A DNA stretch of 64,000 nt, from assembly GCA_028534125.1 (NCBI GenBank), contig CM052817.1:20710001-20774000 (forward strand), read 5' to 3'. Origin of the DNA: Lama glama. Its lineage: Eukaryota. A program made the position numbers and the translations under genes. The notes under the pieces are model-generated. The model had not been told where the DNA came from. It did not search any database and saw nothing but the letters and a program-made list of their open reading frames with translations. Numbering within the stretch: position 1 is the stretch's first letter; each line of letters opens with the position of its first letter. Of this stretch, positions 50,840 through 64,000 are shown piece after piece.

Positions 50840-53800
50840 GCAGCTAAAGTACATCAGCTTAACTGCCATGTTTAAATGGGATAGTGTCTCTCTTCCGTGA
50901 CTGCATCTTATGGTTCACATGACAACTCCCTGATGATGCAGGTTTTAAAACACGTTTGTCAGTGTTTACTAAAGAGACATTTACCGTCAAAGTCTGAATA
51001 GAAAGAGTTGTGTTTATTGACCAGGCTTTGAGATGTGATATTGCAGGTGAAGTGCCCACTTTTTCTGGCTTGCTATAAATGGACTAGGACAGACAAACAG
51101 AATGCTGAGTTCTCTCCTTGTGAAAAGTTCTAGGACTCACCCCTTTCCTCTTCCATCCCACCCGTACTCCCACAAACTGGATTAGTCAGCATTTCCTATC
51201 CTCTTGTTCTTCCTTCTGCTTTGACTTCCGATGCTATCAGACTGTATTCTTCCTCTGTAGATCCTAAATTCTTTCAGCTTTGGACCTCTGCCTTATTCAT
51301 CACTGCATTCTCCATATCTGGTGTGTTCACTGTGGATACACAGATGCTCAGGAAATACTTATTGAGAAAATAAAGGAATGAGCCTCGTGTATATCGAGCC
51401 GTGATGACTTTTGCAAATGCACTCAATATTAATTTTCCCCCTCACCTGCAGAGGTTGCTTTTGTGCAGGTCTCCTCTAAGGACCTCCTAACTGGTTACCT
51501 GATACAGGGCTTTATTTCTCTGGTCTCATGGCTTTGATCCTTGCGATCTCTATTTAAATGTGTATTCCATTCTGAGATATAATACTTTAAGCTCCTGCTT
51601 TTCAAAAATTTTAACAGCAGAGTCCTGCTGCTCTGGCTGAAGTGAATGCTACTTGCTCAAAGGACTTAAGTTTACAAAGTCCAGCTGACTCACTGCTTTT
51701 TAACAAATTGCCTGTCCTGTTAATATATACACCAATGACCAGGGATGATACTTAAAAAGAAGTCTCACAAAAGGATGGGTGAATGGATTCCAGGTTGAGG
51801 AGAAGGGCAGGATGGAAGCAGAATTTCAAGCTGAGGTCTGTACTATTCCTGCTTCTCTTCCCACAGCTCTACACTACCAGGCGAAAAGCCTTCTCAAAGA
51901 TGAGCAGCCTGGGGTTTCAGAGGAACTCAATAAACTTGTCATATTCCTTTCGAAGCTTCAAAAACAATGACCAATTTACAACCATAAAGTTTTCCAAAAG
52001 TTTATTGGTAACTTAGGGTGCTTAAAATTCAATATGCATTTTGTCTGGAGGAGTAGTTTATCTGTCTTGGTTAAATTCTTATACCTCTTTATCCTTCTAA
52101 ATGCCAGAAGTGCAGCGCTGCTCACACAGCACCATAGAACCTCAGCGTGTGGAAAACAATGGTCACGCTGTCAATGAATCTAGGTCTCTTCCACGCCTCC
52201 CACCTTCCCACTCACTCACCGTCAGGGAGAGAATGATTCTTGGTGGCAGTGCTCTGATATCCACAGGGCAAAGGGTAGAGGAGGGTGGGTCTAAGAAAAT
52301 GAAAGACTTGAATGGGAATGCTGACCAGTGAGGAGTGAACCCTTGAAAATCAGGAGCTTTGAACTTGTAAAGAAGGAACAGGGAGGAACAGGATCTCTTT
52401 CTCCAAATCTTTCTAATTTGGCCAGGTCAGGTGGTAGTTTTTATTATTTCCTTTTTACTGAAGACCTTGAGAAATTAATAATTTCACTTTTTTTGCTTGT
52501 GTTTTGAATAATCACTCATTGTCAGACAAGACTTGCCTCAAATTGGAGATAATCTCTCTGTCTCTCTCTCCTTCTCGCCTTCTCTTTTTCCCTGTCTCCA
52601 CTTTCTTCTCCCTCTCTTTTCTTTTACATTTTAGGTTGCCCTAGGTACTTTTTTATTCATAACGTGTGGAGTGCCATTTGTAATTCTGGAGTAAAAAGAT
52701 AGGGCTTAATAAAGATTTGTCAATACCTATGAAGATAAACATTCAATGTGAATTGAATGTACTGAGGAGCCAGAACCACGTTCTTTGGAGGCACCAGGTC
52801 TCAGGTGCAGCTGAAGGACAGCAGTGGAAAATTAATGGGGATGCAGCTTATCTCATTTTCTTACTTTTTCTAGCCTCCGACATCTAGTCCATGCCCATGA
52901 TTGTGAATGTTTCCTATAAATCCAGAGAAGAGGTAAGACTGGAAGTTCCGGAAGAGAGTATACATTGGAAGAGAGGAAATATATCACACCAGGCATTGTC
53001 TTGTGGAAAGAGTAGGGAAAAATAATAAAAAGGAGGCTATTGGAAGACAAAAGCAGATTTTCCAGAGGCCATTGGTCATTCTTGGTTGATTATTTGTGTA
53101 TAATGGACAGTTAAGCCAACTAAGTCAAGGACTGCCTGAATACATCCTAAAGGCAGCAATGGCCTACTTCATTAAATGCAACACAATGTGCTTGGACTAC
53201 TGTGTCAGAATAGAAAAGTAACCGCTAGTCTTATTATCTTAAGCTGCATATGCCATGACCTGAAAGTCAGTGTGTAACAAGAAATGTTTCCTTAAAGAGT
53301 TGAACATAATTTTCTGGAAAATTAACGTAACTAAAATGGATAAATTAGCAGCCAAAGGGGGGGGGTTACTTTGTTTTTTAAACAATACATATGCTAAAAA
53401 GGACAAAATAATTTATATTCATTTTCATGAACTGGATTTATCTGTATTAAGATAAGCTTCTTATTTTATTCTGAATCTTTCTCCTAAGCAAAAAATGTCC
53501 AGGGATAATGAATGTATAAAAACTGGAGAGGTCAATCTATCTAAAAATAGTACAGAATTATCTATAATTTTCTCAATTAAAAGGACATTTATTTGTATAT
53601 AAATATCTTTCTTGTTGAAAGTCATGTACCATACTTTAAAAAAAGTAGAAAAATCAGGACAGAGTTTATTTTCACAGCCAGTTTAAATGATAAATGTTCC
53701 TGCAAGCTTGAAGCATTCAGTTATAAGCCCAAATCATATTTCTAATTAATTATTTGGCATTTTTGTAAAATGCATTTTTCTCTAGAATATGGTAGTTTGT

Positions 53801-55263
53801 ATAGGAAAATTTTTTCACAAATATTTTAGCTGCATTTCCCATGACTTTTATGCGATGAAGTCAAGTTGTTTGATATATTATTAAAATAAACTCATTAGAC
53901 TTAACTTTCTGGTAGAATTGGTAGGTCAGCTGCTAGGCACGGGTTGTTAAATATAAGAAGTGGTATTGTTAGGACTCATATAATAAGAGGCTTGCCAATT
54001 TATAAATAAAAAAATTTCCCCTCCTTCAACAAGGTTAAAATAAAAGATGTAGGAGCAAACATGACATAGTTTACTGTTAGAGAATTCAGGCAGTGTCTTG
54101 ACAATAACTCTAATTAAAGTTGCCACTGCTTTGACCTGATTAGACAGAGAACAATAGTACTTCTACTCTTTGTCTACCTTAGGATGGTAAGCAGTGGATG
54201 ATATATAATATCTTTTGACAGCCACGTTAATTATAACCTAGCTGAATATATTTCTTTAGAGTAGATTTTTTTAAAACAGAAGAAGAGGAAATTGTAGTGA
54301 AAGCTGTCGGAATATTTCTGAATATTGCTAATGACTGTATCTAATAGCTAAAAAATGTTAATTTTCTTGAGTTTTTTTCCCCTTATTTTTACAATGTGCC
54401 TGACATATTTTCCACAGGTCCACAGGAGCATTTGCATAAGAGCATCTGAATTACCAAAGTAGGTCAAAGCAATGGTCAATCTTTCCCAATAGTAAAATTT
54501 TAAGTTTATTTGCTTCTTCTTGATTTGGCAAAGTAAAAAGAAATGCCATCCCTCCATAAGTTAATGAGTTTAGAATTTCTCCGTTCTGGCTTTGTCATGA
54601 CAGTGCCATGTTGGAATAAGTGTATTTTTTAGGCGAAAACATTAGCAGCTTAACCAGTGAAGAGTAAACACTGATTTCCATTGTAATACCAAACTATGTC
54701 ACGACTTTGTCATGCTATTTGAAGGAGAATTTTGAGAATTAGTCCCCCCACCAAGTCCCCAGTTCCAACATATATTTAGCACCATAACTCATTTCAAAAA
54801 ATAACATTGCTTAGAGTAGAGGAATTTTTAAGCAACTGAGTATATGCAACACAAATTATGTACATGGCTACATTGATCATGATTTTTCTTTCTAATCAAT
54901 ATTATTTACTGAAGATAATTTGTATGAAACTGTTGGAGCCATCAAGATTTTCAAGTTTTGAGTAAGTCTAAGCTTTCCAGCCAAAATGAGAGTTGGCAAT
55001 CATTCTGTCTTTTAATTGTAAAAGCTTTACTTATAACCATTTGAAATTTAAGTAAAGTTTCTGTGGTTTTCAATCTCTAATTCTTTTTCATTAATCATCA
55101 GGATTAAGTGAGTTGAAGTATATATGTGTGTGTGTATCCCTCTCTCTTTACTGATTCCCCATAGGTCTGCCTTGACCAGATATCAATTGAATGAATTAAA
55201 ATTAAAATCAGTGAATATTTGCTCACTAACTGTAGTGTGTATGTTCCAAGCTTGGTCATGTGG

Positions 55264-55643
55264 TGCAATGGACTGAACTGTGCCCCCCTCTCCAATTCAT
55301 ATGTTGAAATCCTAACTCCTAATATGGCTGTATTTGGAGATAGGGCTTTTAGGAGGTAATTCCAGTAAATAACGTCATAAGAGTGAGATTCCAATTTGGT
55401 AAAATCTGTGGCCTTACAAGATGAAGAGATGAACAGGCTTTTCTCTCTCTCCCTCTCTGTCATGTAAGGACATAGCCTGAAGGTGGCCATCTGCAAACCA
55501 GGAAGAGGGCTCTCACCAGAGCCCAACCATGCTGGCACTCTGATCCCAAATTTCCAGCCTTCAGAACTGTGAAAATTAAATTTCTGTTGTTTCTGCCACC
55601 GAATCTGTGGTATTTTGTAACAACAACCCAAGATGATTGATGT
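55264..55643 (+). mobile_element. MaLR solo LTR (MLT1A/B-like)
   Basis: TGCAATGGACTGAACTGTG...TCATATGTTGAAATCCTAAC...GGGCTCTCACCAGAGCCCAACCATGCTGGCAC. Confidence 0.9.
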
Positions 55644-56055
55644 ATGTGAGGAATAAGGAAATTGGCCTCTGCTCTCCAGAATTACGCTAAAGAGAGAATT
55701 TTACATACAGTTATTTAGAAAATTCTAAATTCTTATAATAATGTGATACTTCAGCATTAGCATTTTGTAATTAGGTAATACAGTAGTGATAATAGATATA
55801 CAAGTCCAAATGTAGTTTATGAAGTATTGTAAAGAAAATTTTGGACTTGAAGTCGAAATGTTTCTATTTAAACTTTTTCTTTACATCCACCATAAATACA
55901 ATAAGAAGTTCAAGTTACTTAAATATTTTGAACTTCTTACTACTTACCTATGAGATATCGATAATAATTTTTGCTACACTTAATGTCTACTTTAGTGAGG
56001 CTTAAGTTCAATGGCATACTGCTTGCAGAATTTATATTTTAATTATAAGGACCTT

Positions 56056-56595
56056 GTAGTAGGTAGAATTCTAATATGTTCCCAAAGATTTCCCACCCCT
56101 GATATAAATGCCCTGCCTAATCCTTAGAACTACGAATATGACTGATTATTTGTGTGATTAAATTATGCTAAATGGCAATCTGACTTTAAGAAAGGGAAAC
56201 TTTCCAAGGAAGTCTAACCTAATCATACGAGCCCTTTAAAAACAGAGTGTTCTCCAGCTGCTGGTAGAAGAGGAAGTCAGAGATTTGAACTACACAAAGG
56301 ATTCAATGCTCTGAAGATGGAGGGGTCTGCATAGCAAAAAATCGGAACCTCAGTCCTACAATCACAAGGAATTGAATTCTGGCAACAGCAAAAGTGAACT
56401 TGGGAGCAAATGCTCTCCCAGAGCCTTGAGAAAAGAACTGTCTGGCCAACATTTTGATTTTAGTCTTGCGATAATCTGAAGAAAGGACCCAGTCATGCCA
56501 TTCACGACTCTCACTTACAGAACTGTAATGTCATGAGTGGGTATTATTTTCAGAGTTTATGGTAACTCATTGTATAGCAATAGAAACCTGATTCA
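56056..56595 (+). mobile_element. MaLR solo LTR (MLT1E-like)
   Basis: TGTAGTAGGTAGAATTCTAA...CCTCAGTCCTACAATCACAAGGAATTGAATTCTG...TAGCAATAGAAACCTGAT. Confidence 0.85.
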
Positions 56596-57207
56596 GCCCT
56601 GTAAAAATAAAAGCACAGCCTTTTATTACTAGAAATACTGTAGTATAGCACACTGGTAGTAAACGAGAACATTAATTATAATTATATAATATATAAATTA
56701 ACTATGTATTATATAATGTCTATTAATAGGGAAATTTGGGAGGGCTTCATGGTGAAGGTGATGAATATGCCACTTATTTTTAAGTACGGTTTATATTTAT
56801 CTAGCTGGCTACCTATACTTTATACATGCAAAACCAAATTCCCAGTGGAGGCAATATTGTGACCATCTTAAAGAGTCAATAAGAATAGGAAGTTTGAGTA
56901 ACAGAAAAATTATGCTTGAATTGTAGAAGAGAGTAATGCTGATAAAGACAATTTCTGGCTTAATTTGGGGGAATATACATTAATATGTTTAAGTGCTTGT
57001 TAAAAAAATTTGGACTTTATTAGGTAGAAAACTAGAAAGATGGGGACAAAAAGGGAAAATATTGTAATAGAATTAACAACATCATCTTGACAATTAGTTA
57101 TATTAAGTGAGTGGGAATAAGGAACTGATTTGGGGGTATTTATTGCGTCTGCTCCTGCTCTTGGTCCTTGCGTATTTGGTATACTACGGTGGACATTATA
57201 GAAATAG

Positions 57208-57670
57208 GGATATCAGTTGCAATAGAAGTACATAGTCAGGTAAGGCTGACAGCTTTAAAAAAAATCACAAAAACTCTCAGTGGTTAAAATGCTAATAAAG
57301 TTTATTTCACACTCATACAATCAGACAGTTATAGAATATTGTGGGTGACTCTATATGCTATAATTCAAGGATAGAAGTTTTTTTTTTTTTTAAATCTTGC
57401 AGCTGTTTCATCCCCTAGGGTCTTAGAGATGTTTGCTGGATTTTCTGCATCTAGTTCACGGAGTGACAGTGAGAACTGAAGACTTGGCGGGGGGGAGGAG
57501 TTTCTTAATGGTCCAGACCTAGGAGTGGTGTATATTATTTTCACTTGTATTTTATTGGACAAGATTTAGTCAAATGGCCACACCTCACTGCAAATGAGGC
57601 TAGGAAATGCCATCTTGCTGTTTCCAGGAAGAAAAGGAAACAAGTTTCAGAAAGTAACTGAAGATTCCAC
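57208..57670 (-). mobile_element. Old MaLR LTR (MLT1J/K-like)
   Basis: CTCTCAGTGGTTAAAA...TTTATTTCACACTCATAC...GCCACACCTCACTGCAAATGAGGCTAGGAAATG. Confidence 0.7.
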
Positions 57671-57981
57671 AAAAGAGAAATGTTAATAGAAATGGCAGTT
57701 TTATTTTGAAAATGTTGATAATGAATGACCTATTGTAGCATAACTAGGAGGAGTAAGAAGTTGGAAATATGGTCCAGGAAGTATGGGGATTAAATCATAA
57801 CTAAATAGCAGGATGGTAGACTCTTCTTTGCCATTGTTCAGTTTGTTATATTATAATGAGTATTGAAATTTTGTCAGATTTTAAAATACTATAAAAATAT
57901 GAAAAAATTAGAAACAAATCTAACAATTTCTGAAAAGGGCAAAAAATGTGCTTTTTTCTTCAGATGTTCTTACATTTAATA

Positions 57982-58090
57982 AAAGTTTTAGCTTCACTGA
58001 ATAACAATTTTCAAGGTTTAGAGATTAAAATTAATGAAAGTTCTAGCTTCATTGAATAATAATTTTAAAGGTATAGGAATTAAAATCAAT
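57982..58090. repeat. Diverged tandem duplication, 55-bp period
   Basis: AAAGTT(T/C)TAGCTTCA(C/T)TGAATAA(C/T)AATTTT...ATTAAAAT(T/C)AAT twice. Confidence 0.9.
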
Positions 58091-58147
58091 CTTTCATATA
58101 TTTGTTGTACGGTTCAGATCCTCACAGGATAAACAATAATATCAATT

Positions 58148-58290
58148 AATTTTTTTTTCTTTTTTTGGAGGAAAGGTAATTAGGTTTATTTATTTACTTA
58201 TTTTTATTTTAGAGGAGGTACTGGAGATTGAGCCCAGGACCTCATGCGTGCTAAGCATGCACTCTACCACTTGAGCTACACCTCCCCCAC
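58148..58290 (-). mobile_element. tRNA-derived SINE (camelid vic-1-like)
   Basis: Reverse complement GGGGGAGGTGTAGCTCAAGTGGTAGAGTGCATGCTTAGCACGCATGAGGTCCTGGGCTCAATCTCCAGTACCTCC with A/B-box-like motifs and an A-rich tail; perfect 14-bp TSD CAATAATATCAATT (58134-58147, 58291-58304). Confidence 0.93.
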
Positions 58291-58699
58291 CAATAATATC
58301 AATTTTGAATGTGGTCTGTCTTATGTAATATTAGGTTTGCAATTGAGTTTTCTGAGCATTTGATTATAGCTACCACATGTCAAGACATATAATCACCAAT
58401 TCAAGCAGTTTAGTTAAGCATTCCTAATCAGATCACCAAAAACAGATTGAAAACACACAGCACATTGTCTCATACAATGAGAAGACAAAAATTACAAAAG
58501 GTGTTGATATTATCTGGAATAGTTGGGAAATAGACTCAATTCTGCATATCTAGGATCTGTATAGGTTAGTGGGTTAGTGGGTTAATGGGTAAGGCAGTTG
58601 TCTTGAAGCAAAACTCCACATATCCTGAATTTCCTTAATGTTCTTTTTTTTTTTTTAAACTGGAAGATAGACTTCCCTGAGGGTTCTCTCAGGTGGTAG

Positions 58700-59110
58700 T
58701 ATGTGTCTCTCCTACCATCTCTTATGGTCATTTCTGAGTCATTGTTCCACCATCCTCTTTCCTCTTACCATTAGACTATATTCACAATTTGTATACTCTA
58801 GTTGTGATTATCCACACATCATAGTTTCCATGTAACACTTCTCCACATCTCCACTTCTCAGTTCTTTGAAAATTTCGGTGACCAGTACACTGATGCTTCC
58901 TCCAACACAGCTATCAAAATATTTGCTGATTTAAATTTTTCATGCAGATGATCCTCCCATCATTCTAACCTCTCAGTTCTTTGACCACCTCTCCTTTGCT
59001 AATCCACAAGTACCTTAGCCACCCACTCCCATGGTCTTAACCCAGACCTTGTCATTGCTGGTAACTTCCTCATGCACAACCTCAATTTCAAGCATGCCAT
59101 TCTTTGATCC
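58700..59110 (+). mobile_element. L2 ORF2 endonuclease-region remnant
   Basis: About 59015-59065 translates LATHSHGLNPDLVI, matching the L2/CR1 APE motif (TH..G.TLDLVI). Confidence 0.65.
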
Positions 59111-59114
59111 TTGC

Positions 59115-62100
59115 CGTTGTAGTTTGGGTTTCATAAGTAAAGACTTTGAGTTAGAAGTTCGTGTGAAGGGGATTTATTACGGAGTACTCTTGAGATCAAT
59201 AACTGCAAACGGGAACTTAAGGAAACAGGACTACAGAGGAAATGGTTGAGTTGTGATACAGTCTTGAGGGAAGATACAGATGCTTCTGCAGGCAGTTATG
59301 AAGATGAAATGACCTTTCAGAGTTGTGCGCCAATTTGGGAGTACAGTCATTGGAAATAGGCTTCCTAAGGCAGGGACATAACCTTTGGTGGGGTGGTCCT
59401 CTACAGCTGAGCATATCCCTGAAATGGCTGACAGCTGAAGGCTTCTTTTGACAACCCTCTCAGAAGCTGAGGTCCTTCATCTTTGAAGGGTGATACAGGT
59501 GATACACTACAGCACCCAAAACAAGCCACATTTTTCTCACTCAAACCAACTTCTTGCAAATTGTGGGATGAGCTTCTCCTCTAGGACTTTTGTGGATCTT
59601 ACTTGGGGACAGCCTGAAGGAGGAAGGCTAATAAGAAGCACAGCTCTCTCCACTGAAGCTGGTCTCAGAATAGAAACTGGATTTTAATTCAGCCTCAGCT
59701 AACACCTTTGCTGCCCTTTAGTGGCTTATTGGATAACTTGATCATACAATCATCCCTGAGAATTCTGACCCCTGATCACCATGCCATTTTCAGACAGTGC
59801 TACTGCCACGGTCCATTTTCCATAAAAATTCATAGAGGCAATATGAAGAAATGCGAAATGGATCACATGCATAGGAAATATACTCCTTCCTAGCCCCAAT
59901 GTGCAATAGCAGCCTACTGACTCTGGACAATCAGGGTTATCTTTCTGCCAAGATGGAGACTCTTCTTGTCTTCTTGTTCCTTGATTCAGGGAGTCCTAAG
60001 AGCCATGCAGCAGTTACAGCTTACAGTTCAAAGGACTGAACTTGATTTATACATTGGTAAAAATGCTCTCTTTTGGGAACTACAACCTCTAAACATGTAG
60101 TGACCAGAGTTGCTGGGAGAGAATGAATAGATTTTCTGAATAAATCACCAGGAATAAATGTACATAGGATCATTCCTCTTTCCCCTACTCAGTTTCCAGA
60201 CCTATGTATTTAAACTGTTGGGGTCAAAGCACTATTTAATCTTCTTTGACTCAGAGTGTATACAATGTCTTGAAGAATGGCTCTCTGTCCTGTCCTTGTA
60301 AATTATCACCACCAAGCTGGTGCTTCAGTGGTGCCTTCAACAGCCCAGTCAAAGCTCTATCAGACTGAAAGAATCTGGGTGGTGTACTATGTCATCAGCC
60401 TATGCTCATTCCTCTTTTGCTGTAGGGTAGGTTTCTTGGTTTCACATGGTAGTATTTGAGATCCATGGTACTGGATCAAATACTCCATAAATTATACAAT
60501 AATGGTACTTGCTCCAGTCCTGCAGATAAGAAAGGCACTTACAGAATATGTTTCTATTTATGCCAAAAGAAATTGCTGGCCTTCTACAGTTAAGGAAATC
60601 TAATGTAGCTAACTTGTCACAAAGTGTCTGATTAATCTCATTAAAGGATGGAGATATATTAGAGATAGCATTGTTCTCTGTGGTGGCAGTAGTTAGGTCA
60701 GCATTATATGAGTTCATAGACTCTCCCTGCCAATACAGCAACCAATGAACATGTTGTGTCTGTACTGGGAAGTCTGATGAAAGATGAAAACAGTGAAGTC
60801 ATTCTATATAGCATGTTGTTGCTTTCTGAGGGGCATTAAAATGACACACATAGACTTTCACACTTTTTGTTCTCTTTCCTGAGTCCATTCATGTCTTTAT
60901 TCCAAACTTCCATGTCTGCAATCTTCTACCTTTTGTCATCACATACCCTTGATGAGCTGTCAAGCCATTCAAGTCTTCATATTTTCTAAACTTAGGCTAC
61001 TTGTCTTTTCAAAAAAAATGGACAACCATGTTGAGTACCTGAAGCTCTGCACCACTGCTAGGATTTTTCTCTCATCAGTGCCTTTCGAGGTCATGCCTAG
61101 GTGTTTGCAGATTAGTTGTCATTGGTTTTTAGCATGTGTCCATGTGTCTCCAATACAGACTGATGAATTTGTGAAGCAAACTGCAGCTTTTTCTTTCTCA
61201 TCATCACTAGGGATCCCTAACATGAACATACTCATGAGCTGAGGTGAAGGCACTCCAGCAACTGTTGCAGCATTCTGTGGCCCCTGAATTGCTTTTGTTT
61301 ATTCTCAGTAGTGTCTCTTCCTCTTCTCAATGGGCTGCATCATGTCCTTACACTAATACCCCTATTACACAAACTCTGCCTGGTTGTATGTCCCAAGGTG
61401 CCCAGTGGTTTGATCACATGCTGGATCTGTGGAAGGTCCTTGCTCTGATTGCTATCCAAAACTGGCAGCCTTTTTAAATCACTCATTTATATGAGACAGA
61501 GCAATATTCCAAGTTTTCCAGGGAAACACTGAAGAACAGAAGCTGAAGTGGTCTACCAGTCACCTTCCTCATGACGCTTCCTTCATTACACAGAGAGGTA
61601 ATGTACCAATAATTTGTCCTTCATGTTGGAGAGGATGTCCTGGCATGACTCAGATCACCAGACCCACAAAAATGTTATTAACATGGCAGTCTTTTGAATT
61701 TTTATCAGATTTAACTTCTTACCTCTATAGTACATTAATCTTCTCAAGCCCTGTAATGTCTTAGTCACTTGGAAGAACCACTTGTTAGTCATTTAATTTG
61801 ATTTTCATGTCATGGATATAATGGAACAATATGATACTATGATGGAAGTTCAGATTGTCTGGATCTCTTTAGACATTGTTGTAACAAAAAGTAGGTAAGT
61901 TAACATAGACCTGGGACAAAACTGTAAACGTATATTGTTGTCCACTCTGTGTGAATATGAACTGTTTCTTAAAATGCTTTTCAGAGATAGGGAAGAATGT
62001 ATTCAGCTATTCAGAGATGATATTCCTGTGCTGTAGACTGTATGAATCTGCTCAATGTGAGCCCTGGTCTGCCTTGCTTGAGAATTCAGCCTTCCTGGGA

Positions 62101-62907
62101 GCTTTGTGTTCTTACAGTTAAGTCCTGGGAGTGGTCCTCAGCTCTGTTCTCCTACTGCAGAGAATTTTTGAATGCTCCTAGGAGGCCCTCTGGATTTCAG
62201 TTCTAGCTTTCCACTGTGGTGCTGTCAGCTTTTCCTTAGCTTTTCTTCAAAGCACAAGCAAACTCAACCATAGCCTCCCAATACTATGATCTGTATAGTC
62301 ACATTTTCTGCCATTCTCCATCAAATATCTAATACCTGGCAATCACTAATACGCTGCCTTGCAAAAATATACCATCTCAGTTCAGCACTGATGAAAGCTT
62401 CAACAACTGAATCATCAACCGGTAGCAAAGTTTCTCTGTGCATTATCTGCCACCAATGACGGGACCCTCATTAACAGTGAGGTGGCAGATGGTGCAACTT
62501 TTATATCCTATCCCAACATCTGCTTTCTTGGGCCAATTCCAGTACCAATTGTTATAGGCTGTGTTCCCCAGGAATCAGATGCTGAGATGGTGGTTAGCAG
62601 GCAGGAGGTATATTAGCAAGTGCTCTTGAGAAAGTCAAAACAAAACAAAACAGAAACACCTGTAGAAGGGAAGGAGCATAAGTAGGAATGGGAAGAAGAA
62701 GATACGAAGATATCATGGCGTCTCCAGGGAAGTCCACGTGACTCTTCAGACAGGCCTGAAGATTCAGTAACCAGTCAGAACCACCTCAGCTGAGGCAAGA
62801 GACTCGTGCTTCCTCAATCTTTGGATGCAGTGCCCTCAACAGCTGGGCTGCTAAGTGTGTTATTCCCAAAAAGGATTTCCACGTGGTGTGTCATAACATC
62901 TACCACA
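59115..62907 (-). mobile_element. Internally deleted ancient ERV-L provirus (LTR40/HERVL40-like)
   Basis: Related LTRs at 62550-62907 (5') and 59115-59511 (3'); PBS-like TGGTAC next to the 5' LTR. Minus-strand remnants: RT KQFIFTQSGQQYTFTVLSQVYVN (about 61900-61968) and ILFHYIHDM (about 61805-61835); integrase HHPDSFSLIE/GLLKAPLKHQLGGDNL (about 60300-60390); dUTPase LEVVVPK/VSILA (about 59920-60095). Confidence 0.85.
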
Positions 62908-62929
62908 TCAACTTGTTTTCTTGCTAGCT

Positions 62930-63490
62930 GAATTAGTTAAAGAGTGCTAACTGTCATTACAAAGAGTGTAAAACTTCTGGCTTAACAAAATAACACTTAT
63001 TTCTTGACCCTGGTACAGTCCATTGTTGAGCAGAAGTGGGAATGCAATTGTTCCATACTCAGTCACCTATGGAACCACACTTGCTCCTTCTTGTGGTTCT
63101 GCCTTCCTTTAATCAGCATCATCCAGCAGAACTTTCTGCAATACTGCAGTTGTTCTATATTTGCACTGATCAATATGGTAGCCAAAAGGGTCTTATAGCT
63201 ATCAAGCCCTTAAAATATGGCCAGTGTGATGGAGAAACTGAATTTTAAATTTTATTTAATTTTAATTTAAATATAAGTAGTACTTCTTTTCCTCCAGGTA
63301 TCAAGGGAAAAATGGTAAACCACATATGAGATGACTTTATGGACCAGGACTGAAAGTGATATATATGTTAATTTTATTCACATGCCATTGGCCAGAGCAC
63401 AGTCACATGATTACATCTAACTGCAAGGGAAGCTCAAAAGTGTATCCAACTGTGTGTGTACACTGAAAGCACAGAATATACAATATCTGT
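62930..63490 (-). mobile_element. Old MaLR LTR (MLT1J/K-like) containing a MER3/MER33-like hAT fragment at about 63197-63280
   Basis: CATTGGCCAGAGCACAGTCACATGA...AACTGCAAGGGAAGCT; GAAACTGAATTTTAAATTTTATTTAATTTTAAT. Confidence 0.65.
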
Positions 63491-63526
63491 GTTCATGGAG
63501 TAGAAGACTTAATGTTGTTAAGATGT

Positions 63527-63975
63527 CTGTACTAGGGTTCTCCAGAGAAACAGAACAATGATGTGTGTGTGTATGAATATATATATGGAGAGAGAGAGAG
63601 GGAAAAGAGTCATAAGGAATGTGATCACGGAGGCCGATAAATCCCAAGATCGGCAGTCAGCAAGCTAGAGATCCAGGAAAGCAAACTGTGTAACTTCAGT
63701 TTAAATCCAAAGGTAGGAAAAACCTGATGTCCCCGCTCAAAGGCAGTCAGGCAGGAAGAACACTCTCTTACTCAGCCCTTTTGTCCTATTCAGGCCTTCA
63801 ACTGAGTGGATGAGGCCACTAACATTAGTGAGGACCATCTGCTTTATTCAGCCTACTGATTCGAATGTTAATCTCATCAAGAAACACCATGAGGGAAACA
63901 ACAAGAACAATATCTGACCAAATCTATGGGCATCCTGTTACCTGGTTAAGTTGATGAATAAAATTAAACATCACA
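63527..63975 (-). mobile_element. ERVL solo LTR (MLT2-like)
   Basis: AGGGTTCTCCAGAGAAACAGAAC...TATTCAGGCCTTCAACTGAGTGGATGAGGCC...AAAATTAAACATCACA. Confidence 0.9.
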
Positions 63976-64000
63976 ATATCAATGTAATTCAAAATCACCT

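Noticed and set aside
55104..55631. 175-aa minus-strand ORF
   Set aside because: Mostly the antisense reading of an MLT1 LTR; similar pseudo-peptides occur at the other MLT1 copies (e.g. 9576-9854, 7748-7936).
58215..58290. Possible tRNA gene
   Set aside because: The A-rich tail and TSD show it is a SINE head, not a functional tRNA.
1..64000. CRISPR array, operon or other prokaryote-style system
   Set aside because: The sequence is mammalian; there is no repeat-spacer array and no coding-dense region.

Overview
AT-rich, repeat-dense mammalian non-coding DNA (gene desert or large intron), most likely from a camelid: it carries a tRNA-derived vic-1-type SINE with a clean 14-bp TSD and several copies of a lineage-specific L1 3' UTR. 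No protein-coding gene is recognisable. The ORF track is explained by chance ORFs, decayed retroelements and a 500-N scaffold gap (19840-20339). The window contains about 17 MaLR/ERVL solo LTRs, several ERV1-type solo LTRs, old and young L1 fragments, L2/MIR relics, a Tigger1 deletion derivative, and an internally deleted ERV-L provirus (59115-62907) with RT, integrase and dUTPase remnants. The most unusual signal is a 96-bp segment of apparently unique DNA (39861-39956) that recurs 10.5 kb away (50369-50464) inside a solo ERV1-type LTR, while a related LTR in the same window lacks it; this looks like a templated-insertion repair scar. I found no evidence of a new multi-gene biological system. 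Repeat family names come from memory of consensus sequences, and boundaries without TSDs are approximate.
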